Virus record (IMG/VR): IMGVR_UViG_3300044953_000352
Span: 15,240 to 79,239 of that record
DNA from: a virus
Reading direction: 5' to 3' (one strand)
DNA: 64,000 nt
Shown: one piece after another, positions 49,788-57,637 of the stretch
How positions within the stretch are numbered: position 1 is the stretch's first letter
How the letters are laid out: every line of letters starts with the position of its first letter
Program-made: the position numbers and the translations under genes
Notes under the pieces: model-generated
What the model was told of the DNA's origin: nothing
Databases searched by the model: none
What the model saw: only the letters and a program-made list of their open reading frames with translations

Positions 49788-49919
49788 AATTTTGTAAAAG
49801 ATTTTTAAACTTTATATAACGTGTAAAAAATAAGTATTCTATAATTCACAGAAGATGAATTATATTTTTTTCATTTTAAAACTTTTTTTTGTATTTTTAT
49901 TTTTTATTTTACTATAGAT

Positions 49920-51293
49920 TTAGCCATCATCTTCATACATGTATTGCTTCCATTTATTTACCATTTGCTTTTTCATAACATTTTCACTGTTATTCATTTC
50001 TCCCATTAATGCAGAACCTTCTCTACTTTGTTCAGAGAACAACTGAATGTCTCCGCATCCAGCATTCATTCTTGCAGGAAACGTTAGTCCATCTGGCCCG
50101 AAACGATTTTTAATAACATGAAAACGTGCAGTGTTATTAACTTTATCTTGAGTCTTGCGAGATAATGACAATACGAAATCCGCAGTCATAATTTTACGAT
50201 ATGAGTCACTGATATTCACGGCAGTAAGAATATCTTCTTCCATACCAGCACGATTGCTTTGTGATGCGCTCCAAATTGGGACTTGCAATTCACCTGCAAC
50301 GCTTCTCAACTCTTCATAAATACCACCTGCCTCACTATAGCTGTTTGCATTTTTATCAGATTGAAATGGACGCAAAATATCTGCATAGTCCACAATAATC
50401 ATATTAATCTTAGTTCCTAATGTTTGAATTCTTTCAACGTGGTTTTTCAAATAATGTGCGCTAACAGTCTTAATTGGAAAGTACTTAATGAACAACTTAC
50501 CATTAACCTTTGCAATCTTCTCTTTAACCATACCGACGTTGTTTCTGATATTTTGGAAATCAATTCCAGTAAAACAACTGTCGTAACGAAGACCTACATA
50601 ATTTTCATTTAACTCTAAAGTAAAATGAACAACATTCTTACCAGATCGCATTGCTTCAGCACCTAACTTACTTAGTACCCAACTCTTACCGCTACCAGCA
50701 CATGCTGTAATAATACCAAGTTCACCCGCAGCAAGACCGCCGTCCATAATAGTGTCAATCTCTTGCCAGTTAGTCTTTACGGTGCTACGTGCCATAACAC
50801 TCATACGCTTTTCAACATCAATCATATAATCATGACCAATGTTGCGCTCCATACCAGCTTTCATGGCATGATCAATTACACTCTTGATCTTCTCATACTC
50901 TCCACTATTTAATAGATCAGCACTACGAAGAATTGCATTCTTTAATTGTTGATTCTTACAAAATAGCAAGAATTCTTCTTTGATAAATTTAATATCTGTG
51001 TCAGTAATTTTCTGAAAGACAATTCTTAATTGACTAGTAATTGCTTTTTTTACAGATTCCGTTTCAATATTTTGAACCTTTACATCAAAGGTTGTAAGAG
51101 TTGGTAACTCTTTAAATTCCATGAAATATTTAAGGCACTCTTTGACGAGCCACTTATGTTCATCCTTTTCAAAACTACTAGGATCAACAATATCACTAAT
51201 TCTCTCCATGAATGGTTTGTCACTAATCAATGCACTAATACACTTAGTTTGAAAGTCCAAACCGAATTTCTTTAATGTTTCTACTTGTTCCAT
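49920..51293 (-). CDS. dnaB: DnaB-like replicative helicase (gp41-like)
   Basis: AGSGKS (Walker A), TLEL, IVDYAD, ASQSNR, KNRFG. Confidence 0.93.
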   Translation of the reverse strand: MEQVETLKKFGLDFQTKCISALISDKPFMERISDIVDPSSFEKDEHKWLVKECLKYFMEFKELPTLTTFDVKVQNIETESVKKAITSQLRIVFQKITDTDIKFIKEEFLLFCKNQQLKNAILRSADLLNSGEYEKIKSVIDHAMKAGMERNIGHDYMIDVEKRMSVMARSTVKTNWQEIDTIMDGGLAAGELGIITACAGSGKSWVLSKLGAEAMRSGKNVVHFTLELNENYVGLRYDSCFTGIDFQNIRNNVGMVKEKIAKVNGKLFIKYFPIKTVSAHYLKNHVERIQTLGTKINMIIVDYADILRPFQSDKNANSYSEAGGIYEELRSVAGELQVPIWSASQSNRAGMEEDILTAVNISDSYRKIMTADFVLSLSRKTQDKVNNTARFHVIKNRFGPDGLTFPARMNAGCGDIQLFSEQSREGSALMGEMNNSENVMKKQMVNKWKQYMYEDDG

Positions 51294-51333
51294 ATTATAA
51301 TTAATACTGACGTTTATTTAGTTTACGAGATAG

Positions 51334-51362
51334 ACTCTATAGTATAAAAAGTACACCCGCAA
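51334..51362 (-). promoter_or_regulatory. Possible sigma70-type promoter for the helicase
   Basis: TTGCGG-17nt-TAGAGT. Confidence 0.4.
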
Positions 51363-51383
51363 TCTTTTTCTTAGTTTTATTTT

Positions 51384-52448
51384 TTATACAATATACGAAT
51401 TAACACGTCCAAATGTTTCTGTTAACCAAGTATTATGGTTTTGAATATTACTCCACATTCTATCTTCTGCAATTAGTAAGCTAAATTTAATTCTATTTAA
51501 TTTAGGAATTTCTTTTTTTAGAATTTCATTAACTCTCAATTGACTAAAAGACTGTATTTGAGATTCTTTTAATTGCATTAATGCACGATTTCTTTCCATT
51601 ATATTTTTATTTTCAAGAATTGTATTGTATAGTTTATACTTCTTTTTATTTGATTCACAATAACTGTATATATCTTCCAATTTATATTCAGTATGATCTT
51701 TAAATTGAGGAAAACACTTCAATACAGTTTTTAATCCACTTCCTTGTATACCATCAATATTATCACTTACATCTCCAGTCAAAATTCTATAATTTAGAAA
51801 ATTTTCACAACTTATTCCATATTCCATTAAAATTTCTGCACTTCCATAAAGTTTTCGCTTTGTAGGACTCCATACATTTATTTTATCGTTAACAATCTGT
51901 AAAAAGTCCTTATCTGTGCTCATTATGTAGACTTTATCTGCATTTTTAAAATAGTCTTGTGCTACATAAGATATAGTATCATCCGCTTCAACATGATCCA
52001 AACTCATGACTGTTATTGGCATAGTATCCAAATAACTTACTACACGAAATAATTGAACTTGTATGTTTCGATCTTCTAATTCTTCCGAAGTCAATTCTTC
52101 ATAACTTCTATTATAGCGTAACTTAGTAGATCTTTTATTTTTATATTCTGGATATAGTTTTCGACGTTTCATACTTCCTCCATTTCCATCGAAAACAACA
52201 ATTACTCTAGTGGGATTGAGTAATTTGGTGGCATAGCCGATACTTTGTAAAAAGCCAGTTATGCCACCAATATGTAACCCATTTTCATTGAGACTGGGTA
52301 CTGCCATGAATGATCTAAAAAATGTATTTAATCCATCAACTAAAAGAATGTCACTATCTATAGTTTTCTTAACAGGTTTATTATCAACTTCCACGTTATG
52401 AAACATAGAAAATAACTTTTTACGATCTCCAGATGATAGATTATCCAC
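51384..52448 (-). CDS. 5'-3' exonuclease/flap endonuclease (T4 RNase H, PolI N-terminal type)
   Basis: LVDG.N, VFDG, YPEYK.KR, EADD, STDKDFLQ, GDVSDNIDG. Confidence 0.93.
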   Translation of the reverse strand: MDNLSSGDRKKLFSMFHNVEVDNKPVKKTIDSDILLVDGLNTFFRSFMAVPSLNENGLHIGGITGFLQSIGYATKLLNPTRVIVVFDGNGGSMKRRKLYPEYKNKRSTKLRYNRSYEELTSEELEDRNIQVQLFRVVSYLDTMPITVMSLDHVEADDTISYVAQDYFKNADKVYIMSTDKDFLQIVNDKINVWSPTKRKLYGSAEILMEYGISCENFLNYRILTGDVSDNIDGIQGSGLKTVLKCFPQFKDHTEYKLEDIYSYCESNKKKYKLYNTILENKNIMERNRALMQLKESQIQSFSQLRVNEILKKEIPKLNRIKFSLLIAEDRMWSNIQNHNTWLTETFGRVNSYIV

Positions 52449-52456
52449 AATTTATA

Positions 52457-53722
52457 TTATTCACTTTCTTCTACAATACCAACATCTTCGTCTGTACTAA
52501 CCACAGTTTCACTAATTGCACTATTAGGATTTTTATATTGCATAATTATTGCATTACAAATTCTAGTGTACATTTCAGTTTTCAATTTTGGTCTTTCGTT
52601 TAGAATATTGATGAATCCTTCTGTCTTAAACACAATTTCTTCACCACTTTCAGTAACGTATTTTACACCGGCACTTCCAGCAGGTTTTACATAATTATGA
52701 TCTTTCAAAACAGTTAACCAGCTTGTATAGTCAGCAATACCGCTATCATAATAGATATTAAAATATGCTTGGCGTTGCGGTGGTCCTATACGATTCTTAA
52801 TAACGACTGCTTTACATTCATTGCCAACAACAGTATCTCCAACTTTTAATTTACCAGCATTGTTCAAACGAACACGTACACTGCAATGGAAAGGCAATCC
52901 TTTGCCACCACTTACTGTATACTTATCGGGAGAATTTGGTTGAGCCGCAAGATTAATACGCAATTGATTGGTAAACACAATTAAAACCTTTTGACGACCA
53001 ATCATGTTTGTAATTTTACGCATAGCCTTACTGATAATAATTGCTTTACCAGTTGCATAACCGTCTTTTCCATGATCACTTTCTAACTCTGCTTTTGTAC
53101 TTGCAGCAGCAACACTATCAACAATAATTGTTAATAGTAAATCAGGTGCATCTTTTCGAATATATGTAATCGCCTTTTCAATACGATCAAATATTTCTTC
53201 GACAGTTTCTGCTTGAGTATACATTAATTTATCTTTGGACAAGTCTACACCCAAACTTCTCCAAAAGTCAGGAGCAGCAGCATTTTCAGTATCAATATAA
53301 ATTGCTTTTCCTCCCTTCTTTTGTGTATTTGCCACAATATGGGCACTAACCAAACTTTTTCCAGTGCCTTCCATACCGTTGAATTCAACCATCCTACCAA
53401 CAGGCAATCCACCATTTGGTCGATTGCTAATTGCAAGATCCAAAATACTGGATCCGGTACTTACCCAATCACTAATAGAAGATGGATCTTCTTGTTCATC
53501 CAAGAAATATGCAACCTTTCCTCCATCTTTATTAGATTTATTGAGTTCTTCTGCCAATTTTTCCAAAAGATTATCTTTTGAAGACTCTTTTGAAGACTCT
53601 TTTGAAGACTCTTTTGAAGACTCTTTTGAAGACTCTTTTGAAGACTCTTTTGAAGACTCTTTTGAAGACTCTTTTGAAGACTCTTTTTCATTTGTAACGT
53701 GTGTACTTGATTTCTTTTTCAT
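52457..53722 (-). CDS. recA: RecA/UvsX recombinase with an N-terminal (KESS)9 repeat
   Basis: STGS..LD, GGLPVGR, GMEGTGKS, IDTE, VDSVAA, NQLR, GGK, KNR; start at ATG 53722 because the ORF-track start lies inside a terminator. Confidence 0.93.
   Translation of the reverse strand: MKKKSSTHVTNEKESSKESSKESSKESSKESSKESSKESSKESSKESSKDNLLEKLAEELNKSNKDGGKVAYFLDEQEDPSSISDWVSTGSSILDLAISNRPNGGLPVGRMVEFNGMEGTGKSLVSAHIVANTQKKGGKAIYIDTENAAAPDFWRSLGVDLSKDKLMYTQAETVEEIFDRIEKAITYIRKDAPDLLLTIIVDSVAAASTKAELESDHGKDGYATGKAIIISKAMRKITNMIGRQKVLIVFTNQLRINLAAQPNSPDKYTVSGGKGLPFHCSVRVRLNNAGKLKVGDTVVGNECKAVVIKNRIGPPQRQAYFNIYYDSGIADYTSWLTVLKDHNYVKPAGSAGVKYVTESGEEIVFKTEGFINILNERPKLKTEMYTRICNAIIMQYKNPNSAISETVVSTDEDVGIVEESE
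53579..53686 (-). repeat. Perfect in-frame 12-bp tandem repeat (TGAAGACTCTTT)x9
   Basis: Directly visible; encodes KESS x9. Confidence 0.97.
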
Positions 53723-53746
53723 AACATTATTAATATAGAATAAACC

Positions 53747-53782
53747 AAAAAAGGATGGTGACATTGTATATCACCATCCTTT
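53747..53782 (-). terminator. Rho-independent terminator after the SSB gene
   Basis: AAAGGATGGTGA-9nt-TCACCATCCTTT plus a T-tract on the minus strand. Confidence 0.85.
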
Positions 53783-53797
53783 CATTTGCAATTTAAT

Positions 53798-54589
53798 TTA
53801 TTTCTTTCCGAACAATTGATCAAACTGATCTTCAGCTTCAGAAGAATTAGCTTTGGATGCAGCAGCACTTGGAGAAATAGGAGTCACAGACTCTTCATCA
53901 ACAACGCTACCGGAATTAACGGTACCATCAGCTTCCGCTTCTTGTGCGCTAATCCAATTTTCCATAATCTCCTTCAATTCATCATACGTATATTCAGGGA
54001 ATAACTCAAGAATATCAGTTTGCTGATCTAGAATGCTCTTGCGAGCTTCATCAATAGCAGGAGATGTTCTGGGCTTAACACGAATCAACGTTTCTGGAAA
54101 ATTCTTTCCAGTTTCAGTTGCTTCCTTAAAATCTACATCAATATCACGACCAGTATCAATATCAGTAATATTACCCCATTCAGGGTCTGCAATTACACGA
54201 AGCAACTCTTCGTACACAGTTTTTCCAAATCCCCAGAAGCGAACTCCCAAATTTTCCTCACCACGAACCAAAATTGGTGCATAAGTGCGGAGCTTAGGTT
54301 CAATCTTCTTACCGAGCTTCCAGTCATCTCCACCATTTCTCTTGAGACGATTACTCCACTCGACGATAGGATCAGGACGATTAAAAGAATCTGGACTCAA
54401 ATAAGCCTTCTTACCGACATTGTAATGGAACTTCAATTCAATGAATGGATATCCATCTTCACGAAACTTGTATGGAAGAATACGAACAACTTGCTTGCCC
54501 TTTGGCTTCCAAATGAGATCAGACTTTTTGTTTGTGTTTGAGAGAGAACTCAAACGAGACCTTGCGATTTTTGAAATATCAAACGCCAT
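53798..54589 (-). CDS. Single-stranded DNA-binding protein (gp32-like)
   Basis: WKP...VRILPY, PDPI, FWGFGKTVY, DIDTGRD; acidic tail EDQFDQLF. Confidence 0.88.
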   Translation of the reverse strand: MAFDISKIARSRLSSLSNTNKKSDLIWKPKGKQVVRILPYKFREDGYPFIELKFHYNVGKKAYLSPDSFNRPDPIVEWSNRLKRNGGDDWKLGKKIEPKLRTYAPILVRGEENLGVRFWGFGKTVYEELLRVIADPEWGNITDIDTGRDIDVDFKEATETGKNFPETLIRVKPRTSPAIDEARKSILDQQTDILELFPEYTYDELKEIMENWISAQEAEADGTVNSGSVVDEESVTPISPSAAASKANSSEAEDQFDQLFGKK

Positions 54590-54708
54590 AATTAGTCAAT
54601 TAGTTAATTGTTAATTGTTAAATAATTAAAAGTTAAGTTTTTAACTGTTAATTGAGTAATAATCTTACGTACATCATCCGATGTTACTTATCAATCATTA
54701 CACGTATA

Positions 54709-54736
54709 AGTATAGACCAAAAAAAGGAAACTGCAA
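54709..54736 (-). promoter_or_regulatory. Tandem promoter for SSB: sigma70-type overlapping a TACTTATA motif
   Basis: TTGCAG-16nt-TATACT; TACTTATA at 54712-54705. Confidence 0.5.
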
Positions 54737-54763
54737 GGAAAAAATTATATAAAAAATCAACGC

Positions 54764-55159
54764 TTACATGACTATTTCAGTCAACTTTAAAGATACAATT
54801 TTCGGACCAATGTCAGTAGTTAAAATTAAACAATTTCTGTATAATTCCCAATTTAACTGAAAAGTTTTATCAAAAGTTCCATTGTTTTCTTCAACAATCA
54901 ACTTATTCATACCATTCAAAGTATATAGCGTGTTATAATTTTTTTTTCTATGTATCGAAATAGTATTTGGAAATTTTTTATTTTCTATATTTAGAGAAGA
55001 AATATTATAAATAATAAAATATTCTTTGTTGTTTTTTAAGTTAATAAACACAAAAAATTTATTTTCAACAACTGTATAAAATTGTTTGATTTTTTCAATC
55101 AATTCTTTATAGTCGTTTCCATAAAATGTACAGAGTAATTGTTTTTCTTTGTTTAGCAT
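54764..55159 (-). CDS. Hypothetical phage protein
   Basis: QLLCTF...TISIHRKK..NTLYTLN; 131 aa, operon context. Confidence 0.7.
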   Translation of the reverse strand: MLNKEKQLLCTFYGNDYKELIEKIKQFYTVVENKFFVFINLKNNKEYFIIYNISSLNIENKKFPNTISIHRKKNYNTLYTLNGMNKLIVEENNGTFDKTFQLNWELYRNCLILTTDIGPKIVSLKLTEIVM

Positions 55160-55833
55160 GGTAATATCATTTTTTTACCTAAGTTTTCAATATACCATTC
55201 ACGACCAACTACATTACCTTCTGTATTATACCACACTCCCTTTTTTGAATAAAATCCAAATTGTTTACATTCTTCTAAAGTATACTCTGTCTTTAACATT
55301 TTTTCTACTGCATTCGCATCCTGTTCCTTTTCTTCGGGTGTACGAACATCAGCAGCTTGTACAGTGGGTTGATCAATAGGTTGTGTTTGTTGAGGAACGG
55401 CTTGAGGTGCTTGAGGTGCTTGAGGTGCTTGAGGTGCTTGAGGTGCTTGAGGTACTTGTTGAGGAACTACTTGAGTTTGTTGAACTTGCTGAGATTGTGC
55501 AGGTTGTGCAGGAGTTCCTTGAAATATATTAACTTGTGATTTTTTTGGATTTTCTTCGAAATGGGTTCCTCTGGCCAATGCTCTTTGTTTATATTCTGGA
55601 GTTGGAAATGTAACCAATATGCCATTTGAATTATATGCTTGTCTATCTGGAAAACGTCCTGCTTCTGCTAATTTATTACTCGCAAAAATACTTTGTTCTT
55701 CGGACAATCCTTCTTTTGTTAGATACTCTCTAAATAGTGAAAGATGATCATTGTTTAATACGTCAAATATGCCTGATTCCAATCTAGGATCAAGAGCAAC
55801 TGCATCCAAAACTTTATTATATATTTCTTTCAT
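55153..55833 (-). CDS. Hypothetical protein with a Q/P/A-rich linker
   Basis: 226-aa ORF preceded by TATTTATA. Confidence 0.7.
   Translation of the reverse strand: MKEIYNKVLDAVALDPRLESGIFDVLNNDHLSLFREYLTKEGLSEEQSIFASNKLAEAGRFPDRQAYNSNGILVTFPTPEYKQRALARGTHFEENPKKSQVNIFQGTPAQPAQSQQVQQTQVVPQQVPQAPQAPQAPQAPQAPQAVPQQTQPIDQPTVQAADVRTPEEKEQDANAVEKMLKTEYTLEECKQFGFYSKKGVWYNTEGNVVGREWYIENLGKKMILPC
55400..55453 (-). repeat. Perfect in-frame 9-bp tandem repeat (GCTTGAGGT)x6
   Basis: Directly visible; encodes (PQA)n. Confidence 0.92.
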
Positions 55834-55863
55834 CCTATATAAATATAATAGGATTTTTGATTA

Positions 55864-57213
55864 TTATATACTTATTACATTCATTTCATTATAATTTTTT
55901 CCAGTATAACACTTCACCGGAAACTTATTATTCATCATGATTTTCTTTAATTCTTTCATGGTGTTTTCACCATCACTTGAATGTAAATCAAACAATACAG
56001 CATCATATGTATACAAAATTGCCTTGGTTTTTTTGTCTTTTAAATAAGAATTTACGTATGACATAATATTCATATTATACTCTGTCTCTGATGCTTGTAG
56101 AATATAATTAAACAACTTATTTGGATTCGGTTCATGAATATTATTTGTTGAAATTCTACGTTTAAATATTGGTGTTTCAACGTATCCGAATGTAACGAAA
56201 TAATCCCATCTGTGATCAATATACTCGATAATTTTCTTGAAATATGGAATATGCTTGTATTTATCAGGAATATTACCATACATCAATTGAAAAGTAATAT
56301 TTTTTGCCTCTTTGATTTTTTCCTCGGACAAACTATCTTGATTAAAGTAATATTTTCCTAAATAATTATATGTGTCAATAGGAAGATCATAACGAATCAA
56401 TTCTGCGATCAAATGAGGATGATACGCAGAATAATCAATCATAAATAACATTCCATCTTGATATCTACTAACAAAAGAAGATCTACATCCATCGTCTTTT
56501 TTCAACGCAGCATAATTGACTCCACCATAACGATTGCTAGGTCTTCCGGTTGAAGTAAAAATATTATACTCAGTATATACAAATCCATCTTTTACTTTTA
56601 CATTTTTTTCTGAAAAGAATTTATTGAAAATTTCTATATCAACTTTTAATCCGTTATGCTCAATAACAGAAAGATTCTCAATCACATGAGTATTTAAATT
56701 AAAATATGAAGATTCAATATTATCTTTTTTTAGATACTTAATAATATTGTCTGTATATTTATCGAATTTCTCAATGAACGATGACAACGGTATTACACAA
56801 TTAATATCCGCATACTTTGCGTATTTTCTTTTGTAGAAATTGAATACAGGAGATTCATACATTTCATAATCAATAATCTCACCATGTTCCAAAAAATACA
56901 CTAAATCTACGTCTAAAAGATTTTCTAAATTAAAATAATGCAAAAATTTCTTTTTATTGATCACCCATTTTTTACCACGCATTTTCTGCATATCACTACA
57001 AAAAATTTGTAGATCCACGTAAAAACAAGAATCTGGATGTTCAAACGAAATAACATAGTATTTATAATTGGTAATATTTTTTACAATTACAAAACAGGGA
57101 CGGTCTGCAACAGAATGATATCTATCATCACATCCCACACATTCAAATATTAAATCACTATTAATATTTGAATTGATGAAATTTTCGTAGTCTTTTTTGG
57201 AATCGACAATCAT
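55864..57213 (-). CDS. Short family A DNA polymerase-like protein
   Basis: IEHNGLKVD, TSTGRPSN, motif A DYSAYHP, motif B KNITFQLMYG, NYILQ, motif C YTYDAVLFD. Confidence 0.85.
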   Translation of the reverse strand: MIVDSKKDYENFINSNINSDLIFECVGCDDRYHSVADRPCFVIVKNITNYKYYVISFEHPDSCFYVDLQIFCSDMQKMRGKKWVINKKKFLHYFNLENLLDVDLVYFLEHGEIIDYEMYESPVFNFYKRKYAKYADINCVIPLSSFIEKFDKYTDNIIKYLKKDNIESSYFNLNTHVIENLSVIEHNGLKVDIEIFNKFFSEKNVKVKDGFVYTEYNIFTSTGRPSNRYGGVNYAALKKDDGCRSSFVSRYQDGMLFMIDYSAYHPHLIAELIRYDLPIDTYNYLGKYYFNQDSLSEEKIKEAKNITFQLMYGNIPDKYKHIPYFKKIIEYIDHRWDYFVTFGYVETPIFKRRISTNNIHEPNPNKLFNYILQASETEYNMNIMSYVNSYLKDKKTKAILYTYDAVLFDLHSSDGENTMKELKKIMMNNKFPVKCYTGKNYNEMNVISI

Positions 57214-57219
57214 TGAACT

Positions 57220-57248
57220 ACACTACAACAGTTCAATGCAAACATCAA
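57220..57248 (-). promoter_or_regulatory. Sigma70-type promoter, probably leaderless, for the polA-like gene; -10 box enclosed by an inverted repeat
   Basis: TTGATG-17nt-TAGTGT; ATG 6 nt downstream. Confidence 0.55.
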
Positions 57249-57637
57249 CTTTTTATAAATCTACCATATTGTGTATAATCAGAAATTATGCCATTAATAT
57301 TTGGTATTACTTTTTTAGCTTCAAAAACAGCATTTTTATTGATTTCATATAATCCAAATTCATACAATTTACCGTTTTTAATAACGTTTTTTTCTGGACC
57401 TACTAATGACCACGTTAAAAAAATTTTTTTGAAAATTAATTCTGAAATTTCATTATAATTAGTTTCATTTACTTCAATTACAATTGTTGAATTAATTTTT
57501 TGTACAAAAAATCTGTCTTTGTATCCTAATGTATAATCATCTTCCGTCACCGAAAATATATAATTTTTAGGATATACCAATGATACAACTTCTGGCAATC
57601 TTCCAATAGAATTGTATGTTTGAATATTAACGGCCAT
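57245..57637 (-). CDS. Hypothetical protein (tail-module associated)
   Basis: ATG 57637 overlaps the upstream gene end; TEDDY..G..DRFFVQKIN...W..VGP. Confidence 0.65.
   Translation of the reverse strand: MAVNIQTYNSIGRLPEVVSLVYPKNYIFSVTEDDYTLGYKDRFFVQKINSTIVIEVNETNYNEISELIFKKIFLTWSLVGPEKNVIKNGKLYEFGLYEINKNAVFEAKKVIPNINGIISDYTQYGRFIKS

Noticed and set aside
12137-53722. Inteins or introns in polB, nrdJ, helicase or recA
   Set aside because: Lengths are normal, motifs are contiguous, and no intein splice motifs were seen
53364-53738. ORFs (FEDS)n and (KSLQ)n
   Set aside because: Alternative frames of the 12-bp repeat in recA
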